Shown piece after piece: positions 15,401 through 29,080 of a stretch of DNA of 64,000 nucleotides; within the stretch, counting starts at the first letter, position 1, and each line of letters starts with the position of its first letter. Source of the stretch: Eimeria praecox. Its lineage: Eukaryota. The translations under genes were made by a program, and so were the position numbers. The notes beneath the pieces were generated by a model that saw nothing but the letters and a program-made list of their open reading frames with translations, was not told where the DNA came from and made no database searches. Where the stretch lies: positions 62,001 to 126,000 of the forward strand of contig OY986950.1 in assembly GCA_963920595.1 (NCBI GenBank), in the 5' to 3' direction.

Positions 15401-18180
15401 TCTAAATGGCACCACTACCACACCGAAATACACGACCATGTAGCTGGTGATGCAACGCGCCACTAAAATTCACATGAGCTCCGCACCTCAAAAGCCTCCG
15501 AACGCAATTTCCTATGTACCCCCTCACACCGCACACTCCTCATCACACATCAGGCAGCTAACTACAAGACACACTTCCTGATGCAAATCAGAAACTACCA
15601 AAATACTTCGCCTCCCATCATATCACCACAAACCATCCTATCTGCTCCATACCAACACACAGCTACCTATACCTGCCGCTGTCCACTCCCCTATCAAACG
15701 AAACACAACTCAACGCTGAACCATGCTATCCAACCTTCGATTGAAAACAAACAACCCCCCCCACCACAATATTCGTACTCTACACCCCATCGCCGACTAC
15801 CCAGCCCTTGCCCTTCCTGTAAACGCTCCTCAACATAAAACATAAGATCCTCACACAAACCACCCATGGACAAGGCAACACACCCATACCGATTCCGCGC
15901 AGCGCCAAGGCAGTACTGTCCTCACTCAAACAACGGCCACTCGCCACCAACCACAGACACTCCGCCTAAACAAAGCACTGCCAAACTAAGGATTTATTCC
16001 AGCCGTATTCCCCACAAAACCCACCCCTTCGACCCTCAACATCCTTGCCGAAACATTCAAGAGGCGCTTCTCCATATACAGCCGCCGCGGCTCCTCCCAG
16101 CCCCCACAAAAACCCGCCCAATCTCCCATAATTACCTGTCCTATCTCATACACCAGCAACAACCGACACATGCCATCAAACACGCGAAACACTTATCACA
16201 AATGCACATACACAACCCTCCTCCCAATAGACCTCCACTGCCACCTCAACGCTCTCGCATATCCACACCACCCCTCCCACCCCTCAAAACCTTCACCACA
16301 CGCCATTCTAAATGGCACCACTACCACACCGAAATACACGACCATGTAGCTGGTGATGCAACGCTCCACTAAAATTCACATGAGCTCCGCACCTCAAAAG
16401 CCTCCGAACGCAATTTCTTATGTACCCCCTCACACCGCACACTCCTCATCACACATCAGGCAGCTAACTACAAGACACACTTCCTGATGCAAATCAGAAA
16501 CTACCAAAATACTTCGCCTCCCATCATATCACCACAAACCATCCTATCTGCTCCATACCAACACACAGCTACCTATACCTGCCGCTGTCCACTCCCCTAT
16601 CAAACGAAACACAACTCAACGCTGAACCATGGTATCCAACCTTCGATCGCACACAAGCAACCCCCCCCACCACAATATTCGTACTCTACACCCCATCGCC
16701 GACTACCCAGCCCTTGACCTTCCTGTAAACGCTCCTCAACATAAAACATAAGATCCTCACACAAACCACCCATGGACAAGGCAACCTTTCCGTACCGATT
16801 CCGCGCAGCGCCAAGGCAGCACTGTCCTCACTCAAACAGCGGCCACTCGCCACCCACCACAGACACTCCGCCTAAACAAAGCACTGCCAAACTAAGGATT
16901 CATTCCAGCCGTATTCCCCACAAAACCCACCCCTTCGACCCTCAACATCCTTGCCGAAACATTCAAGAGGCGCTTCTCCATATACAGCCGCCGCGGCTCC
17001 TCCCAGCCCCCACAAAAACCTGCCCAATCTCCCATAATTACCTGTCCTATCTCATACACCAGCAACAACCGACACATGCCATCAAACACGCGAAACACTT
17101 ATCACAAATGCACATACACAACCCTCCTCCCAATAGACCTCCACTGCCACCTCAACGCTCTCGCATATCCACACCACCCCTCCCACCCCTCAAAACCTTC
17201 ACCACACGCCATTCTAAATGGCACCACTACCACACCGAAATACACGACCATGTAGCTGGTGATGCAACGCGCCACTAAAATTCACATGAGCTCCGCACCT
17301 CAAAAGCCTCCGAACGCAATTTCCTATGTACCCCCTCACACCGCACACTCCTCATCACACATCAGGCAGCTAACTACAAGACACACTTCCTGATGCAAAT
17401 CAGAAACTACCAAAATACTTCGCCTCCCATCATATCACCACAAACCATCCTATCTGCTCCATACCAACACACAGCTACCTATACCTGCCGCTGTCCACTC
17501 CCCTATCAAACGAAACACAACTCAACGCTGAACCATGGTATCCAACCTTCGATCGAGAACAAACAACCCCCCCCACCACAATATTCGTACTCTACACCCC
17601 ATCGCCGACTACCCAGCCCTTGACCTTCCTGTAAACGCTCCTCAACATAAAACATAAGATCCTCACACAAACCACCCATGGACAAGGCAACCTTTCCGTA
17701 CCGATTCCGCGCAGCGCCAAGGCAGCACTGTCCTCACTCAAACAGCGGCCACTCGCCACCAACCACAGACACTCCGCCTAAACAAAGCACTGCCAAACTA
17801 AGGATTCATTCCAGCCGCATTCCCCACAAAACCCACCCCTTCGACCCTCAACATGCTTGCCGCAACATTCAAGAGACGCTTCTCCATATACAGCCGCCGC
17901 GGCTCCTCCCAGCCCCCACAAAAACCCGCCAAATCTCCCATAATTACCTGTGCTATCTCATGCACCAGCAACAACCGACACATGCCATCAAACAGCCGAA
18001 ACACTTATCACAAATGCACATACACAACCCTCCTCCCAATAGGCCTCCACTGCCACCTCAACGCTCTCGCATATCCACACCACCCCTCAAACCCTTAACA
18101 ACAGGCCCTTCTAAATGACACGAATACCAGGCCCGAAGCCACGACCATGTAGCTGTCGTTCTTCCTAGACACTATAATTC
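460..18180. repeat. Array 1: tandem 906-bp satellite, 19 complete monomers plus one partial, C/A-rich on the + strand
   Basis: The anchor ATGGACAAG recurs at 460, 1370, 2276, 3182, 4088, 4994, 5900, 6806, 7712, 8618, 9524, 10430, 11336, 12242, 13148, 14054, 14960, 15866, 16772 and 17678. The first spacing is 910 (a GAAT duplication at 1191-1198) and all others are exactly 906. The last copy decays between ~18085 and ~18180. Confidence 0.99.
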
Positions 18181-18803
18181 GCGGGGTGTGCCGACCTGGG
18201 CTGCCTTCTAAGTAGCGCTATACAGCGTGTTGGGACGGGGACGATTCATTGCTAATCACTGTGTATTGTGAACCAGTGAAGAGCACACTTGCTGGAAGGA
18301 GCGAACCCAATGGCCGTGCCCTGACGAATAAAGTCGGGCAGTGGACCTCACGTTGACTTCCGATTTCTCAATGTCACTAACGACCAAAGCCTAACCGCCT
18401 ACAGGTACCGATCTAGACCACTACAGAAGACGGACAATTCTGGCACTAAAGAATTCAATACATTTATAGCAGCCTATGCTGTGGGCAGTGACACACTCGC
18501 TGGCATAAATGCAAATAAGGGCTGCAGGGAGCCTCCATAAAATTAAAACGTGCTACACCGCCGCCGGCACAAGCCAACGACGGTGCCGGGCTTCGGCTTG
18601 GCCTGGGTAACCACATTGTTTCCGGTGCTTCAACGCTGAAACAAAACGCGGCACGCGCCACCTTCGAACCTAGTGAATACGCAAACCTTCGTATGCGGCT
18701 TATTCCTGGAACATGCCTGAACCGCGGGGATAAACGACTAGTGCACAGGCGAAGGACTCGATACACGGTAATGCATATGCCTCTGTTTTCCATCCAGTTG
18801 CTG

Positions 18804-19470
18804 CTTCGCTATGAGCGATGTTACCAGGTCGCAGGGGCATGTGCTAAAGCGGGAAATGCGCTCGTTACAAACATAGTAGAATAAACATGTACTGTCAAGC
18901 GAGCGGTGCAGAGAAATTGCTGCATCGTCTTCCTTGCCCCGTCCAACTAAAACCGATGCATATTTAGTTGCTTTGTCACGCACATCGCCGCGTAGACACG
19001 CCATCTATTTTTCCTGTGTTGCATCGGGAATCTCACATTTGTGGAACCCCAGAATGCCAGTAGCCCAAAAAATAGGTCTCCTCCAGGTTCGTTTGTTGAA
19101 ACGGCCACGAACACCTTCCAACAGGGCACCGGATAATGCACTGCGTGGCGACGAGAAGCATTGCAAGGTGTAGGCCTGTCTGACTAATGGTTTAGACAAG
19201 GCAGTGTGCTGCCGCCCTCTTCCAGGAGGTCGCCAACTGCAAAAAACTCATTGGATCGTGCCACTGATTGCTGGCTTGACGAGTGCTCGGCAGGGGCATG
19301 CAGGAACCTCTGCTAAAATGTGCGCTGCCAGCCTACTTTCTGCGACAAAAGGAAACTTTAAAGAGGTCCAGATTCTTCACCGATACACTATGGAACGTGC
19401 GTATGGAGGGTTATAGGCCTGTTAGGAGGCACAACGTCAACGTCACAGCATAGCCCTGCGGAGTCATTAT
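18804..19470. repeat. Array 2 variable slot, allele X (copy 1)
   Basis: Lies between the anchors TGCCTCTGTTTTCCATCCAGTTGCTG (18778-18803) and CAGCCTAG (19471). Near-identical to 29081-29766. Confidence 0.9.
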
Positions 19471-22400
19471 CAGCCTAGCACGTACTAGCTGTACAAGGCC
19501 AGCAACCATCCACATCCCAGCAAGCAAATGCGCCCACCATGTGCATGGAAGCACCGATGCCCTGCTACTGTGGCAAATGCTGTGACGCACAGAACCGCAA
19601 GATGCTCAAATGGCACAGGTACAGGCACAGATGAAGCGTATTTTGGAGACATAGAGGGTGCAAAAACGTGTACAGGCGATCAGAGACGGATGATGTATGC
19701 CAGTGGCAGCGGCATGCTTCATGGCTGCGTTTCAGTAACTAATCGGCCATACGCCACAAGCCAGCATCATGCAAGACACCGACAGGCCCGTCGAGAATAC
19801 GAAGGTTGCTTGTAAGCTAATGGCGAGCACACAACGCACATTTTCCATGGGACAGGCATGTAGAGGCAGAACAAAACAGCAAACCTAAGCACATCTGAAG
19901 CAGTTGCTTTATGCAGCACAAAATGCAGCGGGGAACCATTTTACCGAGCAACAGAGGCGGCGCAGCTCCGGGACGCACCGTCTGCAGATCAGCGAATGTC
20001 TCATGCGCTGAGTGTCACCACTAAAACGATCAACTGAAAAGCTGCATTAGGATGGAGAAGCCTTTTGTGAAGGGGAAACGACGTCTTCTCAAATGCCCCC
20101 TTCGCCTGTCAAGCAACGCGCCTTCAAGCAAGACCAAGCTAGTGGCAGCGGACTTCGTGTCACCTTAAGCATAAACATGCAGCTGCTGCGCCGTCAACAA
20201 GGCGTAGTTAACAATGCTACAAATGCTGCAAAATGCAACACCCTCAAATGGACTGAAATGGGTGCCTTTATCCTGTGCCTGCATGGGACAAATAAGGGCG
20301 TGATTCTGAAAGAGTGAAACTACTGGCTGCGTACTGATGCCTTCTCGCATGCAGGTCTTCATGAAGCATTCCTTCGCTCTGATGTGCCTCGCATAGTCTA
20401 TCGCAGATAAAACGACCTGATTAGGCGCATACGATCGGTACTGTGTTCAACGACGCTGCCCTGTCGCCAGCTGCAGGATCGCACGCCGTGCTCCTGCAAC
20501 CATCCAACAATAGGAACGCGCCTTGCTGTGCAGTGAAAGGGCAAAAACTGCTCAGGCATTGCCTATACCAGAACGTATCTCAGGCATGCCAAACAGGCAA
20601 GCCGCACCAACCAATCCTGCGATGCCCAAACGAGTGCATCGTGGTTCAGCCCCTATACAGCTCGGCAGAACCTTTCAAGCGACCTCCCAAAGCCAAATTT
20701 GTTTGCAGTGCGCTTGCGCCCTGTGCTATCACACTCAGTGCACCTTGCACTAACTGGTTCAAACAAAAGTTTACACGGTTTGACTTAGACTTCCCAGACA
20801 AGCATTCCACATCCGAATGTCCGTCAGATAACGTAGCCTGAATATCGTGTGCTTGGCGGGAACTGCGCACACGTTCCTGTCCATGCGCATTACTACAAGC
20901 GACAGCTCACTGCCTGCTCCGCAAAAGCATAAGGATCATTTCCAGAAGATTCCCAAGGCAGACAGAATCAGCTGGTCAGCGGGGTGCAAGGCTACTCTGA
21001 GAGACTGGCTAACCTAATGCCCACAACCAGATACTCGGGGCTACGCTGCACAGCAGGGTGGAAAAAGACTTGATGAGCTGCGCCCGCAGCACAACCGTAG
21101 TGCTCATTCATCCTTTAAATTGCCAGTGGACAGCAGGTGCCTCCAAACTCTTCAGGTATGCAGAACAGCCCAAAATGCCCAATTCACGGCAATTCAGCTG
21201 TCTGCACCATGACTGGGGAGCAGAATGCCTGGATAGCAGAGTGACGCATGCTGGCTGGTGTCCGGGTGTGCTAGCATGGCAAACACTGTGAACTACGTCA
21301 GTGCATCACGGACCTCTGGATTCTGCACAGAATGCAACGCACCCACTGCACCGATTCGTCTCCACACACGCAGACGAAGAAATGGCAATGCGCCACGACC
21401 GTCCTCGACACGACGACGGCACATGCACGCTCTCCCAATGGACTCAGCTCAACACAAGCTCCCCACACCTGTTGTCCGAGCAAGTGGAAAGCCAAACACC
21501 CTGCTGGCACACGCCCTCAAAAGCCTCAGACTTCAGCAACTTGCGCTACAGCTTCGCTATTCCTAAAGGTTCACATGCCACTCGCATTACAGCTGCTGCA
21601 CCGTTGGTGAATAAGGTTGTATCGGAATCTCGTTGCATTCGCTCAGGAACATCCAAAGAAACCATACAAAGGGAGAGGCAAGCCTCCTGAATCCAAAGTT
21701 TTGACACGGTTCCTTGCTGAAGTGGCACCACAGCGGCCAGAGCTACAAAGTGCGTAAGTGCGAAAATGTCGGCAGTCTTCTAGGAGGCACAGCTAAGCAG
21801 ATATATGCGCAGGTGGCCATTGCCCTGCCGAAACGCAACCTCATCGCAAGCGCAAGCAGGTGGCTCTTACCGCCCCTTAGCAGTCCGCCTCCCACCCGCC
21901 AGGTTCACTTTTCGTTCGGCTCTGAAGGGTCGTCATTGCATACTCAGTAGGCAGGGGATCATTCACATTTTCACGTTCTCCTACAGCTCCTCGTCATCGC
22001 ATTATCTATCTGCGTATACAGCACAGAACCTACAAGCTGCCCGCATTGTGATGATATGCTCATTGCCAGTCCATCGAGCCCGTACGCGGAGGGGCACACC
22101 TCAGTTTCTCAATCACCTTCTCCCAGTTTCTCTTACACAGTGGCCGAGCCGCTATCAAATCACTATGTGACCGCTTTGCAGAGAAAGACGGCCGTGCACC
22201 TGTTGCGCCAGGCCACCAACGAAGCATGCCGAAGTCCCAGTCAGAGCATCCGGAAGCCGTGCAATGTACAGTCGACTTGCAGTATCTGGAAGACCACTCG
22301 GTGCTGGTAGCAAAAGCGCCATAGGTATCAACCTTTGCACTCCGGGCTTTGTGCAGGGTTATTCTGGCCTTTCAAAGAGCGCTGGGGCATCTGGATGCTC

Positions 22401-23935
22401 AGAAAAAAGGTTCACAACAAATTCAAGCCCACTAGCCTGAAGGCCAGTCCGTAAGCAAGCTGCAGATGCACGCCGAGGCCAGATAAGACTACTCATAGGA
22501 AAGCATCATTTTCTATAGCTTGAGTTCGCACATAGTTCAGGCTCCATGCGGATGATTCTCCACAGCAAAAGGGAGCAAAATCATGACTCCAGTCGCCTTG
22601 TCTATGCCACGCTGGAGGGCAAGCTCAACAGTAGGCAAGCTTTCCTCTAAGGGTAACCAACCGGATCAGTGTGCACGTTTCCCTTCCTGTGGGAACCAAC
22701 GCGTGCATTTCCACTTTAAGAAAACGTGCGTGTATATGATCCACATTGGACGCTGCGCACTCTCTGAAGCTCGTCAAAATCCAAACCACAATCGCAGCCG
22801 TCAGCTCGCTCACTAGCGTGATGTCTGACCCGCCTTCGAACGAGTCACTCACAATTGTTCACACTGCAGAGCCAACATAGCAGTACACGTTTTGAAAGCG
22901 AGGAGGGGTATACAGCGGTCCTTGCAAAGGGAGACGCTGACGGAAGCTGGGTGCATTTACATGCAGACACCGATACCAATGAACGGTCTTTGATCCATCG
23001 CTCGAGCTGTCTCTATTCTCAGCACTGCTGCGAGGCGCCGTCGGTGTAGCGGGCCCGCCTACTCTTTAAAAGACCAAAGTACAAGTAAAGCTGTAGGCGA
23101 ATGAAAGCTTTACTGGCCAGACGCACTCCAAGCCAACCTCGCACAGATCCAACATCGGCAACACACAACCAGTCTGAAGCAGCCACACAAAAATCCGTTA
23201 AAAGCTACCTGGCAAACACCTTGCCTTCCACCAAGCCTGAACAACCTCGGAAGAACTGAAGCAAAGTCGAAACGGTGCACAAGCAACTGACGGGCACGCT
23301 CCCGCTGTTCAAAAAAAAATTGCAAAGGCAACGGGACAGTCCGTGAAGCCAACGCCAAGCAAATATCCTAGTTCAGCCACCCACCGATACCGAGCATCGT
23401 GGTCCCTGTCAAACATAAATGCCCTATGGATCGGTCGCCGGGGCACCAGCTCAAATACAGGCATTGAGCTGGTTGTGGCTGCGTCTTGGCTTCGGAACGA
23501 ATGCTTGTGCAAGCTTACACAATGTCACAGACAGCAGAAGGCCCCATGTCCTTACAATGCGCGCCCACTCTGGCCTCAAGATAGTTGCATCCATGCATGT
23601 TCCGGGCATTGACCCACTAGCTGATGGGAATGCTAACCGGCACTACAGAGCGCCTCGATAAAAAACCGAATCTCTGGACCCATGGGTGCAAAATGTAACG
23701 ACGGTGGCGAGCGTAGGCTCCACGTGGGGCAGCCACATTGGTTTCGGAAATGCAAACACAAAGAAGCGCCCATCACTGTAGCACCACAAAATACTGAGTG
23801 GCTCACTCCTCCATATATGGTCTATTCTTAGAATAGGGCGTGAACATCCGGCATTAGCCACTAGTAGGGACTGGACTACAGTCGCGAAAAACTACTTGGG
23901 TAATGCCTGTGCCTCTGTTTTCCATCCAGTTGCTG

Positions 23936-24608
23936 AGTCTCTGCGCGGGTTAGCTTGACACATGGGCACAATACTGCATCTGCGCTTTTGCAAGAAGTGC
24001 ACAGGTTCCAACCATGGTAAAATTAAATTGCATCTTCATGTTAGAGGTGCAGAGAATTTGCGGTCTATCTATCCTTGCCTCATGCACAGAGAATCGAAAT
24101 ATATTAAGTTGCCCTGCCACACACACAACTGCTTAGCGTCGTCCTCCGAATCGCACGCTGGTTTTAGCTCCCATTTGTCAACACGCAAACAAATGGCAGT
24201 CCAGAGCTAGAGCCCTTGGAGGCCCGTTTGTTGATCCGTCAATTGCCTGCTTTCAGCTGTGCATCGAAGAATTCAGCGCGCGGCCTCGAGACGCACTGAA
24301 AGGTGCAGACGTCTATGGTGGTCACAGTTTTAAAGAAGGCAGTGTGCCGCCGAATCCTTCGCGAAGAACCTGGACTAGCAAACGCATTAGATCCTAACAC
24401 TAATTGATGGCTTGGCATCAGCTAAGAAAGAGTTACTACGCAAGGTCGCATCGCTGCAAGCTTCCGGCGCACTGTCTGAACCAACGCAGAGGCTCGTCAA
24501 GCAACGTTGTTAATCCTAAATTGCCTAAGCACGCTGACCCAGCATTTCATATTGTTTTTCATCCTTCCAAAAGGCGTAGCCTCACCGCATAGCCTGGACG
24601 CTCACCAC
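23936..24608. repeat. Array 2 variable slot, allele Z (copy 1)
   Basis: Has the same flanking anchors as allele X but a different, distantly homologous sequence. Closely matches 34075-34710 and 39164-~39810. Confidence 0.9.
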
Positions 24609-27600
24609 CAGCCTAGCACGCACTAGCCGCACAAAGCAACCATCCACGTCCCAGCAAGCAAATGCGCCCATCATGTGCATGGAAGCACCGATGCCCTGCT
24701 ACTGTGACAAATGCTGTGACGCACAGAACCGCAAGATGCTCAAATGGCACAGGTGCAGGTACAGATGAAGCGTATTTTGGAGACATAGAGGGTGCAAAAA
24801 CGTGTACAGGCGATCCGAGACGGGTGATGTATGCCAGTGGCAGTGGCATGCTTCATGGCTGCGTTTCAGTAACTAATCGGCCATACGCCACAAGCCAGCA
24901 TCATGCAAGACACCGACAGGCCCGTCGAGAATACGAAGGTTGCTTGTAAGCTAATGGCGAGCACACAACGCCCATTTTCCATGGGACAGGCATGTAGATA
25001 CAGACCAAAACAGCAAACCTAAGCGCATCTGAAGCAGTTGCTTTATGCAGCACAAAATGCAGCGGGGAACCATTTTACCGAGCAACAGAGACGGCGCAGC
25101 TCCGGGACGCACCGCCTGCAGATCAGCGAATGTCTCATGCGCTGAGTGTCACCACTAAAACGATCAACTGAAAAGCTGCATTAGGATGGAGAAGCCTTTT
25201 GTGAAGGGGAAACGACGTCTTCTCAAATGCCCCCTTCGCCTGTCAAGCAACGCGCCTTCAAGCAAGACCAAGCTAGTGGCAGCGGACTTCGTGTCACCTT
25301 AAGCATAAACATGCAGCTGCTGCGCCGTCAACAAGGCGTAGTTAACAATGCTACAAATGCTGCAAAATGCAACACCCTCAAATGGACTGAAATGGGTGCC
25401 TTTATCCTGTGCCTGCATGGGACAAATAAGGGGGTGATTCTGAAAGAGTGAAACTACTGGCTGCGTACTGATGCCTTCTCGCATGCAAGTCTTCATGAAG
25501 CATTCCTTCGCTCTGATGTGCCTCGCATAGTCTATCGCAGATAAAACGACCTGATTAGGCGCATACGATCGGTACTGTGTTCAACGACGCTGCCCTGTCG
25601 CCAGCTGCAGGATCGCACGCCGTGCTCCTGCAACCATCCAACAATAGGAACGCGCCTTGCTGTGCAGTGAAAGGGCAAAAACTGCTCAGGCATTGCCTAT
25701 ACCAGAACGTATCTCAGGCATGCCAAACAGGCAAGCCGCACCAACCAATCCTGCGATGCCCAAACGAGTGCATCGTGGTTCAGCCCCTATACAGCTCGGC
25801 AGAACCTTTCAAGCGACCTCCCAAAGCCAAATTTGTTTGCAGTGCGCTTGCGCCCTGTGCTATCACACTCAGTGCACCTTGCACTAACTGGTTCAAACAA
25901 AAGTTTACACGGTTTGACTTAGACTTCCCAGACAAGCATTCCACATCCGAATGTCCGTCAGATAACGTAGCCTGAATATCGTGTGCTTGGCGGGAACTGC
26001 GCACACGTTCCTGTCCATGCGCATTACTACAAGCGACAGCTCACTGCCTGCTCCGCAAAAGCATAAGGATCATTTCCAGAAGATTCCCAAGGCAGACAGA
26101 ATCAGCTGGTCAGCGGGGTGCAAGGCTACTCTGAGAGACTGGCTAACCTAATGCCCACAACCAGATACTCGGGGCTACGCTGCACAGCAGGGTGGAAAAC
26201 GACTTGATGAGTTGCGCCCGCAGCACAATCGTAGTGCTCATTCATCTTTTAAATTGCCAGTGGACAGCAGGTGCCTCCAAACTCTTCAGATATGCTGAAC
26301 AGCGCGAAATGCCCAATTCACGGTAATTCAGCTGTCTGCCCCGTGACTGGGGAGCAGAATGCCTGGGTAGCAGAGTGGCGCATGCTGGCTGGTGTCCGGG
26401 TGTGCTAGCATGGCAAACACTGTGCACTAGGTCAGTGCAGCATGAACCGCTGGACTCTGCACAGAATGCAACGCACCCGCTGCACCGATTCGTCTCCACA
26501 CACGCAGACGAAGAAATGGCAATGCGCCACGACCGTCCTTGGCACGACGACGTTACATGCACGCTCTCCCAATGGACTCACCTCAACACAAGCTCCCCAT
26601 GCCTGTTGTCCGAGCAAGTGGAAAGCCGAACAGCCTGCTGGCACACGCCCTCAAAAGCCTCAGACGTCAGCAACTTGCGCCGCAGCTTCACGTAGGCCCC
26701 AATGATTCCTAAAGCTTCACAAGCCACTCGCATTACAGCTGCTGGACTGTTGGCGAATAAGGTTGTATCGGAATGTCGTCGTATTCGCGCAGGAGCACCC
26801 AACGAAAACTTGAAAGACGAGAGGCAAGCCTCCTGAATCCAAAGGCTTGACACAGTTCCTTGCCGAAGTGGCACCACAGCGGCCAGAGCTACAAAGTGCG
26901 TAATTGCGAAAATGTCGGCAGTCTTCTAGGAGGCACAGCTAAGCAGATATATGCGCAGGTCGCCAATGCCCTGCCGAAACGCAACCTCATCGCAAGCGCA
27001 AGCAGATGGCTCGTACCGCCCCTTAGCAGTCCGCCTCCCACCCGCCAGGTTCACTTTTCGTTCGGCTCTGAAGGGTCGTCATTGCATACTCAGTAGGCAG
27101 GGGATCATTCACATTTTCACGTTCTCCTACAGCTCCTCGTCATCGCATTATCTGTCTGCGTATACAGCGCAGAACCTACTTCCTTGGGATATTATGATGA
27201 CACGCTCATTGCCAGTCCATCAAGCCCGTACGCGGAGGGGCACACCTCAGTTTCTCAATCACCTTCTCCCAGTTTCTCTTACGCAGTGGCCGAGCCGCTA
27301 TCAAATCACTATGTGACCGCTTTGCAGAGAAAGGCGGCCGTGCACCTGTTGCGCCAGGTCACCAACGAAGCATGCCGAAGTCCCAGTCAGAGCATCCGGA
27401 AGCCGTGCAATGTACAGTCGACTTGCAGTATCTGGAAGACCACTCGGTGCTGGTAGCAAAAGCGCCATAGGTATCAACCTTTGCACTCCGGGCTTTGTGC
27501 AGGGTTATTCTGGCCTTTCAAAGAGCGCTGGGGCATCTGGATGCTCAGGAAAAGGGTTCACAACAAATTCAAGCCCACTAGCCTGAAGGCCAGTCCGTAA

Positions 27601-29080
27601 GCAGGCTGCAGATGCACGCCGAGGCCAGATAAGACTACTCATAGGAAAGCATCATTTTCTATAGCTTGAGTTCGCACATAGTTCAGGCTCCATGCGGATG
27701 ATTCTCCACAGCAAAAGGGAGCAAAATCATGACTCCAGTCGCCTTGTCTATGCCACGCTGGAGGGCAAGCTCAACAGTAGGCAAGCTTTCCTCTAAGGGT
27801 AACCAACCGGATCAGCGTGCACATTTCCCTTCCTGTAGGAACCAACGCGTGCATTTCCACTTTAAGAAAACGTGCGTGTATATGATGCACATTGGACGTT
27901 GCGCACTTTCTGAAGCTCGTCAAAATACAAGCCGCAATCGCAGCCGTCAGATGGCTGACTAGCGTGATGTCTGACCCGCCTTCGAACGAGTCACTCACAA
28001 TTGTTCACACTGCAGAGCCAACATAGCAGTACACGTTTTGAAAGCGAGGAGGGGTATACAGCGGTCCTTGCAAAGGGAGACGCTGACGGAAGCTGGGTGC
28101 ATTTACATGCAGACACCGATACCAATGAACGGTCTTTGATCCATCGCTCGAGCTGTCTCTATTCTCAGCACTGCTGCGAGGCGCCGTCGGTGTAGCGGGC
28201 CCGCCTACTCTTTAAAAGACCAAAGTACAAGTAAAGCTGTAGGCGAATGAAAGCTTTACTGGCCAGACGCACTCCAAACCAACCTCGCACTGCTCCAGCA
28301 TCGGCAACACACAACCAGTCTGAAGCAGCCACACAAAAATCCGTTAAAAGCTACCTGGCAAACACCTTGCCTTCCACCAAGCCTGAACAACCTCGGAAGA
28401 ACTGAAGCAAAGTCGAAACGGTGCACAAGCAACTGACGGGCACGCTCCCGCTGTTCAAAAAAAAATTGCAAAGGCAACGGGACAGTCCGTGAAGCCAACG
28501 CCAAGCGAATATCCTAGTTCAGCCACCCACCGATACCGAGCATCGTGGTCCCTGTCAAACATAAATGCCCTATGGATCAGTCGCCGGGGCACCGGCTCAA
28601 ATACAGGCATTGAGCTGGTTGTGGCTGCGTCTTGGCTTCGGAACGAATGCTTGTGCAAGCTTACACAATGTCACAGACAGCAGAAGGCCCCATGTCCTTA
28701 CAATGCGGGCGCACTCTGGCCTCAAGATAGTTGCATCCATGCATGTTCTGGGCATTGACCCACTAGCTGATGGGAATGCTAACCGGCACTACAGAGCGCC
28801 TCGATAAAAAACCGAATCTCTGGACCCACGGGTGCAAAACGTAACGACGGTGGCGAGCGTAGGGTTCACGTGGGGCAGCCAGAATGTTTTCGGCAATGCT
28901 AACACAAAGACGCGTTCGTCGCCTTAGCATCAGAAAATACTGAATGGCTCACTTCTCCATATTTGGTGTATTCCTGTAACATGGCTGAAACGCAGGGATA
29001 AGCCACTAGTAGGGACTGGAATACAGACGCGAAAAACTACTTGGGTAATGCCTGTGCCTCTGTTTTCCATCCAGTTGCTG

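Noticed and set aside
460..18118. Recurrent 146-168 aa (MDK...) and 74-85 aa (MQIRNY...) ORFs in each 906-bp unit
   Set aside because: The Pro/His/Thr/Gln-rich composition is what C/A-skewed DNA yields by default. Premature stops segregate among copies (148 vs 168 aa; 76 vs 85 aa), overlapping frames are equally open, and there is no recognisable domain.
460..18180. Possibility that the 906-bp array is a 5S rRNA, SL RNA, snRNA or CRISPR array
   Set aside because: I recognised no 5S, SL or snRNA sequence on either strand. The whole unit repeats, with no short repeat plus unique spacer structure and no cas genes.
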